Source of the DNA: Octopus vulgaris
Lineage: Eukaryota
NCBI GenBank assembly: GCA_951406725.2
Contig: OX597819.1
Coordinates: 109,864,001 to 109,928,000 of the forward strand
Direction: 5' to 3'
Length of the DNA: 64,000 nucleotides
Below the pieces are notes generated by a model. It saw only the letters and a list, made by a program, of their open reading frames with translations, was not told the origin of the DNA and did no database searches. The translations under genes and the position numbers were made by a program. Positions 12,080-26,062 of this stretch are shown piece after piece (within the stretch, counting starts at the first letter, position 1; each line of letters opens with the position of its first letter).

Positions 12080-12226
12080 TACATACATGTATAGATATCA
12101 CCGTCACCGTCATTTTGACCGACCAGGCTATCAGATGTTGTTACACATCGCTGGTCACAATGCGCTCCGCATTGTTTTAGCCTTCAAATGACGCCACCCT
12201 GTTGGCTAAGCGGGTAGGCCAACATG

Positions 12227-12303
<77 letters not shown>

Positions 12304-12678
12304 CATTCTGTGTGTTTGTATGTATATGTATATATATATATTTATCATTCTGTGTGTGTGTATGTATATGTATATATATATATATATATATACATATGAA
12401 AGGTATCGGTATCCATAAGACCCAAGATGGCAGATATGGCTATATAAGTGCTACGGGAGGACCGTAGTTAGACTCTCGGATAATGCGAATGTGCAGAGCA
12501 ATGCCAGTCGTGTGTTAGCACGTATATGTTAAATAAAATGAGACAACAAAACCAACGCTGGGTAGAATTTAAAGGACATTTATAAGGAGAAAGTTAGTCT
12601 TATCCTGATAGCTGTTCTCTCCCATCTCTCTCACGATATCTTGACCACTATCTAGCAGTCCTTTTTTTCATTTTTTCC

Positions 12679-12751
<73 letters not shown>

Positions 12752-13644
12752 TTTCCTCCCCTCTTTCTTTTGACTAATACCATTCTCCTCCTAATATACA
12801 TATCTCTTCTCTTCTATCTATCTACTTACCCCTACAAGTACATTCTCAAAATTTCATTCACACCACATGACCCCTTTGGATGAACCACACATAGAATTTA
12901 TGTCTCCACACTATCCACATGTAATAATAATAATATGAACTCCTATCGGAATCTATATACCATGGACAAGAAGCATTTCTACCGATTCCACACAGCGCTT
13001 TCCTTGGACAATGGAACTGCAACTGTAACAACCTACATATATTTTTACTTTATTTTTATTCACTTATCTCCCTTTATACTTCCTCTATCCATCCTTTTCC
13101 AAAATAACTCCTTATATTGAACTCCTTATGATGATGTGGTGGTGGTTGGGGTGGGTGCAAACACACACACATAAATGTGTGTATATATATAAACGACGGT
13201 CTACGAAATAAACTCTCAAGGCTTTGGTTGGCCTCCGGTTATAGTAGATGACACTTGCGCAAGGTACCATGTGGTGATACTGAATCCAGAACCATGTGGT
13301 TGGGAAGCAAGCTTCTTACCACACAGTCACGCCTCTGCCAATGTCTATGCATATATGTCTGTGTATCTATATACACATACACATACACACACGTATTCAT
13401 ATATATATTTGCGTGGTGTATTTTGCTTGTGTTTTGTGTGTCTTCGTGTTGCGTTTTTCCTCCGCCTTACAAAATAACACCAACAACAGTTACAGTAGCA
13501 ATATGTACAACAATAATAATAATAACCAGAGTCACAACAACCATAACGACAGTTATGTGAACCAACATTTTCAACAACCGCCTCTGCAACATCAACCATT
13601 ACAATAATTACATCTCAGGAACCACAAGCACAAGCATTATATGC

Positions 13645-13950
13645 ATTGTTTGTTCCCTCTCGAGCCACGCTTGGCTCATAAGGGCCGGTTTCCCGGTTTC
13701 CTTGGCGTATAAGTTCCCCACATGGACGGGACGCCGGTCCGTCGCAAGTGAGCTGCAAGATGCAGGAGGAAAGAGTGAGAGAAGGTTGTGGCGAAAGAGT
13801 CAGCAGAAGTTCGCCATTACCTTCTGCCGGAGCCGCGTGGAGCTTAGGTGATTTTGCTCATAAACACACACAACGCCCGGTCTGAGATTCGAACCCGCGA
13901 TCCCTCGACCGCGAGTCCGCTGCTCTAACCACTAGGCCATGTGCCTCCAC
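13645..13950 (-). mobile_element. tRNA(Arg-like)-derived SINE with V-like domain (family B)
   Basis: Head GGAGGCACATGGCCTAGTGGTTAG..GGGTTCGAATCTC; near-identical copy at 19130-19433; partial relatives at 25370-25580, 45077-45270 and 52262-52421. Confidence 0.85.
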
Positions 13951-14183
13951 TATAAGCATAAAATATTCAAATATGCCGCTATAATAGCAACAAGCGTAAC
14001 AATCACAGCAATCACAAGTAACAACAGCAACAACGAAACCGTAGTGATAGCATCAACCACAACAATAACTGCCATAACAATAATTACAATTGTCACAATG
14101 AAAAAGAAACAACAAATTTAACAACAATCAGAACAAAAACAACGTCAAAAAAAAACGTAGCAAACACATAACAGCAATCTAAT

Positions 14184-14593
14184 ATATTTCTTTATTGCCC
14201 ACAAGGGGCTAAACATAGAGAGGACAAACAAGGACAGACAAAGGGATTAAGTCGATTACATCGACCCCAGTGCGAAACTGCTACTTTATTTATCGACCCC
14301 GAAAGGATGAAAGTCGAATTCGGCGGAATTTGAACTCAGAACGTAGCGGCAGACGAAATACCTATTTCTTTACTACCCACAAGGGGCTAAACACAGAGAG
14401 GACAAACAAAGACAGACAAAGGGATTAAGTCGATTACATCAACCCCAGTGTGTAACTGGTACTTAATTTATCAACCCCGACAGGAATGAAAGGCAAAGTC
14501 GACCTCGGTGGAATTTGAACTCAGAAAGTAGCGGCAGACGAAATACGGCTACGCATTTCGCTCGGCGTGCTAACGTTTCTGCCAGCTCGCCGC
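14184..14593 (-). mobile_element. Dimeric family A SINE
   Basis: Full head unit plus headless second unit, same junction as other dimers. Confidence 0.88.
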
Positions 14594-15041
14594 TAGTCAC
14601 ACGTACAACAATAACAATAACAACGACGATAAAAACTACGGCAACAAAAAAAAAAATTCATAAAACCACAAAAATTATAAAAAAACGAAAAATCACAACC
14701 CCAACAACAACCATCACAACAACAATAAAAGCAAAGTAACAGGTTCAATCCACTTACTTGTCAGGCTGATAAAACAGAGCAGCCCGAGTGGCGGGAAATA
14801 GATGCGCGATGATAACGACATTATCTGGCAGAAAGTGACCAAGTCCTCTCCTCTTCAGTTGATATGTGACCAGGCAGTTGTCTGGTGAGTTAGGTATATA
14901 TGGGTGTGTGGGTAGGGGCGATGTGTGTATGTGTGTGTATGTGTGTGTGTGTGTGTGTGTTTGTGTTTGTGTATATATATGGGTAATGTACTTATGGATA
15001 GGCGTACGGATGTGTGATTGAGTAAATGTGTACGTGAGTCG

Positions 15042-15112
<71 letters not shown>

Positions 15113-15348
15113 GGTGTATATATATATGAATATATATATATATACATAGATGCATATATGTATATCTACATATATATATATGTACATGCATATATATAAA
15201 GGTATATATATTTATATATATTTTATATATATATATATTTTATATACATATATATATATGCATATATATATATATGTATATATATGTATATATATATATA
15301 TGTATATATATATATGTATGTATATATATGTGTGTATATATATATATG

Positions 15349-15443
<95 letters not shown>

Positions 15444-15639
15444 TTACATATATATGTAAACGCGCATGTGATTATATGCGCGTATATTGTACGTGTAATG
15501 CGTATGCATGGATGTAAGCATGTTGTGTTAATGAAACTATAGAACTGCGTGAAGAGGTGTTATAGGTGTGTGCGTGTGTGTGTGTGTGGATATATTTGCA
15601 TGTGTGTATGGGTGTATGTGTCTGTGTAATTTCGTGTGA

Positions 15640-15671
<32 letters not shown>

Positions 15672-15911
15672 GTATATATATATAAGTATATATGTGGTGC
15701 GAATGAACCAACGAAGGACGCAATTTAATCCCAGAGAGATCGATAAAATACACATCAACATGTTTCTCACCCTAAACACTGCCACTTAGTACTTTTGTAT
15801 TATTATATCCTCTGCAATGAATGCGTTCTTTTTGATTGTTTATACTGTAAGTTATTATTTCTCACTTTGTTTTCCCGATATTTGTGTAACATACATACAT
15901 ACATACATACA

Positions 15912-15944
<33 letters not shown>

Positions 15945-15953
15945 CTGTATATA

Positions 15954-16014
<61 letters not shown>

Positions 16015-16450
16015 CCCTTCGTATATATATATAGGTGTGTGTGTGTATGTGTATGTGCGTATGTTTATGTGTGTTATCTGTGTCTGTCCTTCCATTCCAT
16101 CGCTTGATAACCGGTACTGGTGTGTTTACGTTCCTGAAATTTAGCACTTCGGCAGAAGAATCCGATAGAATAAGTACGAGGCTCTCAAAAAATAAGTCCG
16201 GCCGTCTTTCTCTTCGACTAAAACCCTGTAAAGCGGTGCTCCAGCATGGGTGCAGTCAAATGACTGAAACAAGTAGTAAAAGAATAAATGAACAACAGAA
16301 TACATATGTACACACACATATACACACACACATATATATATATATGTATATATATACACACACACACACATATGATATATATATACATATATATATATGT
16401 GCGTATGGTGTGTGTGTGTATGTGTGCATGTATAAACCTCTCTCTCCTAA

Positions 16451-16556
<106 letters not shown>

Positions 16557-19129
16557 TATATTCATCTGAGTGGAGAATAATGTGTACTTGTGTTCGTGTG
16601 GTTCATTAATATTTATTTGTGTGTAAATATTTGGAAAGTTATACAGCATAAATTTCTATAATTTGTTTGGAATCATGAATACTCCCTCCTCTCCTTCTCT
16701 CCCTCCCTCCCTCTCTTTCTGTATATCACACACACACATACTGACATAGGCATTTACATAATTCACTCCTTTTAAATTTACGTTGTCACACAGCCTGTCT
16801 TGCTTTTGCCGTTGTTAAATAATATTGTTTCCCCCATCCCCGCACCCCACCTCATCATCGGTGACATTGTCCTCATTGTTGTGTTTGTTGTTATTGCTGT
16901 TTAGCCCTAAGCTAAAGTTTGCGTGCTTTTGTTTAACCAGTTCAAACCAATCCTAACTATTCTCACATGCACATCTTGAGATTAAGCAATCGAATATATA
17001 TATATATATATATATATATTCACTACCTCAGTCAAAATATCTCTACGTTTTCACATTTTACCAGTATACACAGTACTGAACCTCTATGTGATCCTTCTCT
17101 CTGCTAGAAATAGCTATTAAATTTCCCTCAATACCTTCCTCACCCTGCGTTCCTTTTATAAACGTAAATTTTTATTGGAAAGAAATGGCTGCTATTCCTA
17201 GTAGGTCCAGCGACCATACAGAGGCTTCGCCATTCGCCTATACTAGAAATTCGGTTGTGGAAGAGCCTAAGCGGACATCAGCTTATCCTCTCTCTGACTT
17301 CATTATCTCTGTTTTATTTAAGGAAATGTTATACAATGAAGTGTGATGGCGGCTCAGATAAAATTCCTCGATTGAAAGCATCATATTTTAGATCTTTTAG
17401 CCAAATATTAATTATTAATGTTTACGAATATCTGTTGAATGTTTACGAAGAATCTGTTGAAGGTCGAGCCATTAATGATTATTCTGTGATGACGTGAGTT
17501 TCTCTAAGTTCATATGCCATGGATTGGTGATGAAGATGGATCTAGCATTTCATAGGCTGTCATTTCGTCAGTTGAAAATATTTTCTCTCTTTAAGATGAA
17601 GGTCTCAAATCTGAAACGTCACTTTCTTCATACCTTTCTCGACATACGAACGTATCCAAAATCATGAGTGTAAAGACAAAAAGTTAACTCATTTCCAAAT
17701 TGCAAGCGTTCTCCGTGGTGGTCAGAGTTCGCAGTGTTTGGTAGATGGGAGTTACAGCTCTTTCTGGAGAGAACAGAAATCTATGGAAGTTAGACTTTTC
17801 TGCGAAAGAAATGAACTCGACACTGAAAGCTAACGAATCTCACCTCAAAAAGTGTTGCTGTGGAGCTCCTAACTAATTTTATTATTCTTTGTGTCTGTAA
17901 ACTGACTATTTGAGAGTTGACGGGGGTATCCCAAACACAAATCAGTGCCGAGGGTAGAGAATGAACCTCAATGTCTCTTATCCACTTAGTTGTTTGTCTA
18001 TTACCCCATCCACTCGGCTAAAAGTGTTCTCTTATCCATAACTGTTTACGTATAAATAAAATACATTAAAGTATCTAATGGTAATACATTATTGACACAA
18101 AAAACAACAGCGCGCCCTCTGTTTGTTTAAACCTATTTGATCACTGTCCATAATTAGCTATTGTGTACCTCCGAAGCCGAACACATGTCCAGGATCAGTA
18201 AAGCAAATACCTGTAATATTCTGAGATGTTTCAAGTCTTTGACATCAAAAATAGATTACAATAAAAAGCTGATAGATGTAGTGTGGAAAGGCGCTGATGT
18301 ACAGGGTGGTTGCACTCTAAAGGAGTGAAGAAACGAAGAGACAAAAGGACAGACATTGTCACTGAAACGTCGATATATCTGCTTGCTGCAACATTATCAA
18401 TTCATTAAGGTTATCGGACTTATGTGAAATAATTAACAATCTATAATGAATTTAATGGCGAATGTCATTTATTGTAATTAATGAGTCGATTAATTAATAA
18501 GTGAATTGTTGGAATCGATAGGCTAGAGGACAAGCTGTCGAGATGCTGATTGTATGTGTTCACTCATCGATATAACATCTGTGTTCAATAGCATGACAAA
18601 AGCCGTAGCAGTGAAAACCAATTCCGCCTAAAGGTTTTTCCTGTTATTGCAGTTGTTGTTTGGCCTCAGATTAACATTGATCAAAAGAAATCCAGCCGTA
18701 ACCAGTCTGTCTTTGTACTATATCGAAAAAGGCATTATCCAATGTTTCTTTGTCTCATTCATGATTATGGGATTCAGTTCGACGGAGATTGGGCTGTTAT
18801 TTCTCGGAAATTGAGCGATCAAATAGGGAGTTTCTAATGATAATAATAATAGATTACAGAATGCAGGGATTTAATGGTAGAATGTAAAGTGACGGATGAT
18901 TGTGAGAAAAACGGGAAGGTGGATGAGGAGGAATGGGAAGAGAAAGGAAAAAAGTAAACCAAAGAAGGATAGAAAATTAGAAAATAAAGACATTCAGAAA
19001 TTGGATGAAGGAGAGAAAAATATAGAAATAAGAGAAAAGAGAAAAGAGTAAAACAGGAAAAAGAAAAGGAAGATGAAGTATACAGCCTAGCTGTCTCTCG
19101 CGAGCGAGTACGACTTGACAACAACTAAC

Positions 19130-19433
19130 ATTGTTTGTTCCTTCTCGAGCCATGCCTGGTTCATAAGGGCCGGTTTCCCGGTTTCCTTGGCGTATAGGTT
19201 TCCCCACCTGGACGGGACGCCGGTCCGTCGCAGGTGAGCTGCAAGATGCAGGAGGAACGAATGAGAGAAATTGTGGTGAAAGTGTCAGCAGAAGTTCGCC
19301 ATTATCTTCTGCCGGAGCCGCGTGGAGCTTAGGTGTTTCGCTCGTAAACACACACATCGCCCGGTCTGAGATTCGAACCCGCGATCCCTCGACCGCGAGT
19401 CCGCTGCTCTAACCACTAGGCCATGTGCCTCCA
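19130..19433 (-). mobile_element. Family B SINE, full length
   Basis: Colinear with 13645-13950. Confidence 0.85.
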
Positions 19434-19756
19434 CCAACAAGTAACATGCTTTCGTTGATTGTTTGAGGTGTCTACGTTGTTAGAAGTAGACCTAAATACT
19501 ATCCTCTCCACCTCACCCATGACCCAGTGAAATATGATAGCTGGTGAGACGAGAGGGGTTTCAGAAGCATCAGCAACTGCAGATAATTGTTGACTAGATT
19601 AGAACAACGTAAAATAAAGTACTTTTGCTCAAAGGCACAACTGCGTTACCAATTGAAGGTGTTGAATCAAACAACGTAACCAGAGAAGAATGAGAAAGAA
19701 AATAAGTAGAAGAAATAGAGTGAATGAAAGTATAGTAGAAATAGTAATAGCAGTAA

Positions 19757-19822
<66 letters not shown>

Positions 19823-20059
19823 CAGCAACAGTAGTGGTAGTTGTAGTAGTGGTGAGGATGATGATGACAACGATATGATGTCGATGATGATGATTTCTTT
19901 ACCAGTAAGAGTTTACAGGCAGACCGAGGGCGGTACATGACGACACAATTCAATATGATATGATGTGAGGGGTTAGATGAAGGCGCGTAAAGAGTAAAAT
20001 AACGAAAGAAAAAAAGAATAAAAAATTCAAAGAAAATTCCCCAATAGGGGAAGACATTC

Positions 20060-21190
20060 AAGGACTGATCTTAGCAACTTACAAAACCACAGTTACCCTA
20101 ACCGCAAGGACAAGTCTAGGCGCGTGCTCAGAGCTGGCCCTCTCGCTTGGACCATTCTTGTCACTCTCACCTATCTTTCAACAAATTTGTTGGAAAACAG
20201 CATTTCAATCTCCACTCTCACTTTCTATTTCAAGTGGAACTTCAAAGAATTGCTGGGTTCTTGGCTATAGGGAAAGATATTTGTCTTAAGCCGTTTCAGT
20301 CTGGGCTAGCACAATTCGTCAGAAACACCGGACTGCTTCTCTTTCCCGGACGAAAGAAGACAGCGGGATGATCTTCACGATAGACTCAGCTGATAGCCGG
20401 ATACATTCTACACAGTAATAGCTGTCTGTCATAATATTACAAGTCAGCAAAGCTCAGAGACTAGACGAATGCGTGTAGGACAGTTTCGCTACTCTGCTCT
20501 CATCTCAAACTGGCGCAGCTGACGGCAATTCTTTACCTGTAGAATTTATCTTGGCCCGGCAAAATCCATTTGAATCATGGCCAGGTCAAGGATTTCTGGA
20601 AATCATCCATGGGCCCAAAATTTCCCCGGAAGGAACTATATTGTTCATTTTCATCGACGTCTAGGGTATCCCCAAGAATGTTGCTTTGGCCTTCCCTTAA
20701 TCCTCTATAGGTTATCAACGTGGAACTTCCACGGATTGCATTGACTAGTAGAGCGTTATGAGCGCCCGATGACATTCTGGATGTTAAACCATATGTCTTG
20801 GTTTTTGCCTGACCCAGGACTGCAACTTTGTCAAGGAGATGAACTGTAAAAAAGCGCATCTGATAAACGGCGACCACACTAGTTCACCGTCAAAGAACTG
20901 CTGGAGATGTTTCAGCCTCAACTCAAAACTGAGTATCATCATCTACAGCATGCTTAGTCTTCCATTCAACGGATGATGGTGGCAAATGAAATGCGTGACT
21001 GGTAGAAGAAAAAAAAGCAGAAGAGTAAACATTCAAGTTTGGTCAGGCGTGAACTGAGGCAAGGTACTCATTAGGTCCAGGTTGAGTTGGAGATGCATAA
21101 ACTACGAGACTTCATGTCCATTTTCTAGCACGAAGGTTCGTGGTTTCCAAATTCTGGCCTCGCCGATAGCCACCATGTCTATATCTAGTT
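20060..21190 (-). mobile_element. Old decayed Tx1-clade LINE ORF2 C-terminus
   Basis: YRGLREGQSNILGDTLDVDE...FGPMDDFQKSLTW aligns by eye with FYRGLVEGRYDDELGANLGVDEE...FGPGPMDNFQRSLAW of ORF 32419; 20150-20250 matches the KYHLKKKVRVE..RWV segment; many stops and frameshifts. Confidence 0.75.
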
Positions 21191-21571
21191 TTTGAGCTAG
21201 TGAAACTGCTTTAAATGCAATCACAAGCCAAGTGCATTCACACAAAATTTTCTAAGTGAGGCCATGTTAGACTAAAGGAGGGAAGTTAGATACGTCCATT
21301 TACCTTATTCCCGTGGAAAGACAGGTGTTTCATTCTTTTTAGAATGGTTTTCTGATTTAGGCATAAGGTAAGAAAGTTTGAGAGAAGGATAAGTTGATAA
21401 CATCGTTCCCAGAGCTTGATTGGTACTTAATTTTATCGATCTCAGTAAAAGCTAAAATTGATGAAAGAGAAAGCGCAAAAATTGACCTCGGTGGGATTTG
21501 ATCGCAGAACTTAAAAGGCAGCGGATGTCGCATGGCTTTTCTTTTGACGATTTACCTGTAACAACAATGGC

Positions 21572-21648
<77 letters not shown>

Positions 21649-21872
21649 TAATAATGATAATAATGGTTTCAAATTTTGGTTCAAGGCCAGCAATTTCACG
21701 ATAGGGGGTAAATCGATTATATCGATTATAAATCGATTATATTTATTTTATCGACCCTGAAAGGATGAAAGACAAAGTCGACCTCGCTGGAATTTGAACT
21801 CAGAACATAAAGACGTACGAAATGCCGCTAATAACAATAATAATAACAATTATAAAAATATTAATAATAATA

Positions 21873-22180
21873 ATAGAGTCAAAATTAAAAGAATAGTTCC
21901 ATTGTTATCTAGTGAACGATATTTCGACATCTTGTGTGTCTTCAACTAGTTCAAAAGATAAATTTGCCAATCTACTTCATTTTGGTTAATATAGAAAGGA
22001 TTGAGGTAACTCCTTCTGAGGATATAGAGTCAAAATTAAAAGAGTGCCAAAATGAAATGAAAAGTGCCAATCAGTTGAAGACACACAAGATGTCAAAATA
22101 TCGTTCACTAGATAACAATGGCACTCTTCTTTTAATTTTGGTTCTATATCTTTAGGAGGAGTTACCTCAGTCCTTTCTAT

Positions 22181-22185
<5 letters not shown>
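21873..22185. repeat. Nested foldback / MITE-like element
   Basis: 21986-22043 pairs with 22127-22185 (TTAATATAGAAAGGA..TCCTTTCTATATTAA) and 21873-21947 pairs with 22072-22147. Confidence 0.75.
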
Positions 22186-22240
<55 letters not shown>

Positions 22241-22241
<1 letters not shown>

Positions 22242-22903
22242 TTGCAAAAACCTGGATTTGCCCCATGAAAAAAACTGGTGGGAACACAATCCACGTCTTG
22301 TGCTTGAAAATGTCCACATCTCACTCCTCTGGAACTTCACCATTCAAACTGACAGGAAGACAGATGCAAATAGGCCAGACATTATATTGAAAGACTTCAG
22401 ACAAAGAACATGCCTCCTCATTGATATGACTGTCCCAATCGATATAAACGTATCTGTCAAAACCTACCAAAAATTGAGCAAATATAAAGATCTTGAAATA
22501 GAAATCAGCAAAATGTGGAAGCTGAAGACTAAAACAATACCTGTTGTCATAGGTGCCCTGGGAATGATAGCGAAAGGGACTGATTGCTACCTAACTCAGA
22601 TACCAGGAAACCCCAAAATGGCAGAAATTCAAAAGATAGTGCTCATGGGAACTGCTCATATCCTACGCAAAATACTCTCTATGTAATCCCAAGGTTTAAA
22701 ACAAACTTTTTTTAAAATTTATTTATTTATTTATTTTTATTATTTTTTATTTATTTATTTTTTATTTTTATGTATTAGACATTCACTAGTAGAACACAAC
22801 CCCCCCCCCAAATATATGGCACAGAACTTCCAACCTGCTGTCTCTTGAGGTCTCTGGGTGAGACTTGGAGCCAACTTGTACAGACATAAAGCAAAAGTCA
22901 AAC

Positions 22904-22906
<3 letters not shown>
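22241..22906 (+). mobile_element. 5'-truncated R4/Dong element (RLE endonuclease plus 3' UTR) in (AAT)n
   Basis: ORF 22258-22686 WWEHNP..LLWNFTIQTD..ANRPDIIL..LLIDMTVP..KLSKYKDL..IPVVIGALG..IQKIVLMGTAHILRK; long (AAT)n on both sides. Confidence 0.9.
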
Positions 22907-22935
<29 letters not shown>

Positions 22936-22937
22936 TA

Positions 22938-22987
<50 letters not shown>

Positions 22988-22998
22988 TGATGATAATG

Positions 22999-23068
<70 letters not shown>

Positions 23069-23697
23069 TAATAATAATAATAATGGTAATAAAGATAATA
23101 GTAGTTGTAGTAATAATAATAATATTAATAATAATGATAATAATAAGGATGATTGTTATATTATTATGATGATAGTGGTAGTGGTGGTGGGGTAGGATGG
23201 TAGTAGTAGTAGTAGCCGTGAGATTGGAGATAGTAGTATAGGAATAAAAACAGAAAGAAGAAAACGACCAAAACAGCAAAAAGCACAACAAAAACAAAAG
23301 GAAAAGATGAGGAGGTAAAAAAAGGAAGAGAACGTAAAAGAAGACACGAAGGAAAGATGGGTATCGTTTATTTATTTTCTTCACTTCCCACCGACTAAAC
23401 ATGCATTTAATTTCCGCTAATATTGGATCAGTGAATGTGTAAAGACAAAAATCACTTTGAAGTCGCCATTTTGTTGCTTAATTTGTTGGTTAAAGAAATT
23501 TTGCTTTTTAGGTCCAGAGGAAACATGATCAAAGAGAGCAGAAAACAAGAGAGATTGAAAATTTGTCACAAACATCTGGATACGTACACGCACACGCATT
23601 CACACCCCACACATACACACACATCTCCCATGTACACATACAAGTACCGACATACATACACACTTATTTAAATATATATATATATTCATGTGGTACA

Positions 23698-23748
<51 letters not shown>

Positions 23749-24444
23749 TATATATATAAATGTATATATATATACATATGTATATATAAATGTATCTGTA
23801 TATATATATGTGTGTGTGTCTGTGTGTGTATGCATGTGTGTTTGTCTATTTATATGCACGTATATGTAAGCATGTATATGTGTGTATATATGTGTATATA
23901 TGTATGTACGTGTGTGTGTGTGTGTGTGACGAAAGGTTTGGCGGATATATGAAATGAATTATCATAGCACCTTCCAAAACTCATTAAAGCTTTCTATATA
24001 CAACAGTATCATCTTAAATATTTTGAACATAGTAGAAAGCAAAGAAATGGGAAGAGAGAAAAAAGGGTAAGGTTTATTAACCTAACACAGATACTGTAAA
24101 TGCAGTAAAGCATAATACTAAACTGTACTTAGTGAAGCAACGATTCACTTTAGATGGTGTGGCGGTTGTATTTATTTTAACGACCATTAATTAATTACTT
24201 AATTAAATAATGAATTATTTGCTTAATTAGTTAAAGAACACAACTCAGCACACATTCTCTTGACTCGAATTAACAGCATCCTTTTTTTTATCTGGTGCCG
24301 TTTGCTTGAGAATTCCGATTATTTGAGTACCATAGAAAGGAGTTTACTATGTCTGTCTGCCTGTATGTATGCATGCAGGTAGGTACGTATTATTGTTTGT
24401 ATGTATATACACACATGTACGCACATACACCCACATACACATAC

Positions 24445-24663
24445 ACACAACCACTCTTCAAGGAGCAGCGGAAGGGTAGAGGGAGAGGCAGACAAAAGCT
24501 ATATACGGGAATGGCGAGGCAATTCAATGGCGTATACCCAAGCTCTGGCATACAAGCGAAACAAATGGAGAAAACTTGTGTACATTATGTCCCGACGACG
24601 CCCCCCTCCCCGCCCACCACTCCATCGATTTTTGAGGGGCCAAGACCAAGACCAAGGCCAAGA
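24445..24663 (+). mobile_element. RTE-clade LINE 3' fragment
   Basis: TTLQGAAEG*RE..YIREW..TQALAYKRNKWRKLV resembles the RTE C-terminus; tail (CCAAGA)n. Confidence 0.55.
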
Positions 24664-24673
24664 TATATATGTA

Positions 24674-24891
24674 CGAGGGTGTACTAAAAAGTTCCTGGTT
24701 TTAAGGTTGTCACGAAAGGCTTGATTGAAGGTCCAACCATCCGAGTTCTTTTACAGGGTTTAGAAAAAGTGAAAGACCACTGCAATAAGTGTGTGAATCT
24801 GAGACGGGGAATATGTTGTATGGAATCATAATTAACTGATCTTCCTGTAGTTTCTTTTACTTAAAGCCAGGAACTTTTCAGCACCCTCTCG
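24674..24891 (+). mobile_element. Internally deleted mariner element (MITE)
   Basis: TA then TIR CGAGGGTGTACTAAAAAGTTCCTGGTTTTAAG / CTTAAAGCCAGGAACTTTTCAGCACCCTCTCG; interior keeps a transposase C-terminal NKCVNL..EYV remnant. Confidence 0.8.
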
Positions 24892-24899
24892 TCTGTCTG

Positions 24900-24998
<99 letters not shown>

Positions 24999-25578
24999 GA
25001 TTCAGTTTTGAGCTATTTAGCTCATCTTCTGTCGCTATTTTGCTTGTTGCAAATCATTGACCGATGGTCACTTTGCTTGCAATATATTGTTAGCGGTGGC
25101 GGATTCTGGCTAACTCTCTGGCGTACAGGTACTCGCGAATGAAGATGAGCCAAATAGCTCGAAACTGAGTCAGTCTCGCGATCCTGTTATCTACTAGAGG
25201 GTAGTAGGAGTTCGCTCCCCCTGCTAGCAATATATTGTATATAAAGAGTGCAGAGTGTTGCACCGATAACCAGCTGGCAGATAATATGCCTGGGGTTAAA
25301 CTAGCAGTAACATTCAAAAGCCACTTTAATGTGGCGACTCGCTTTACTGTATATATGTAGTATTAAGTCCATCGCAGCGTTACTCAAGAAGCAAGAAGAG
25401 AAAGTGAGAGAAAGTTGGGGCGAAAGAGTACAACAGGGGTCGCCACCACCCCCTGCTGGAGCCTCGTGGAGCTTTAGGTGTTTTCGGTCAATAAACACAC
25501 ACAACGCTCAGTCTGGGAATCGAAACCACGATGCTCCGACCACTATCCGCTGCCCTAGCCACTGGGCCATTGCACCTC

Positions 25579-25610
<32 letters not shown>

Positions 25611-25881
25611 CTATTTCGAGGATACAGATACCTCCTAAAACAGATGTCGACATCCACGCTTCACCGTTCGATTATGAAGTGATTCTTTTGTGTCTAATTT
25701 ACTCACCCCGATGAAATATTTAACTCGCTATTTAAATATGTAATTTTTAATCTATATTTATTATTTTGTAATCGATGGAGTTAATTATGGAAACAACTGT
25801 AGGTAACAGAATTTTGACAGTATGCTAATAAATTGAATTTTATTAGTTGAAATTCTCCATCTTCTCTTATAATATTATATA

Positions 25882-25998
<117 letters not shown>

Positions 25999-26007
25999 GC
26001 TGTGTGA

Positions 26008-26047
<40 letters not shown>

Positions 26048-26062
26048 ACCTATGCTGAGTTA

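Noticed and set aside
17590-17622. AAGATGAAGG..CTGAAACGTC hammerhead-like motif
   Set aside because: Core and stems too degraded to support.
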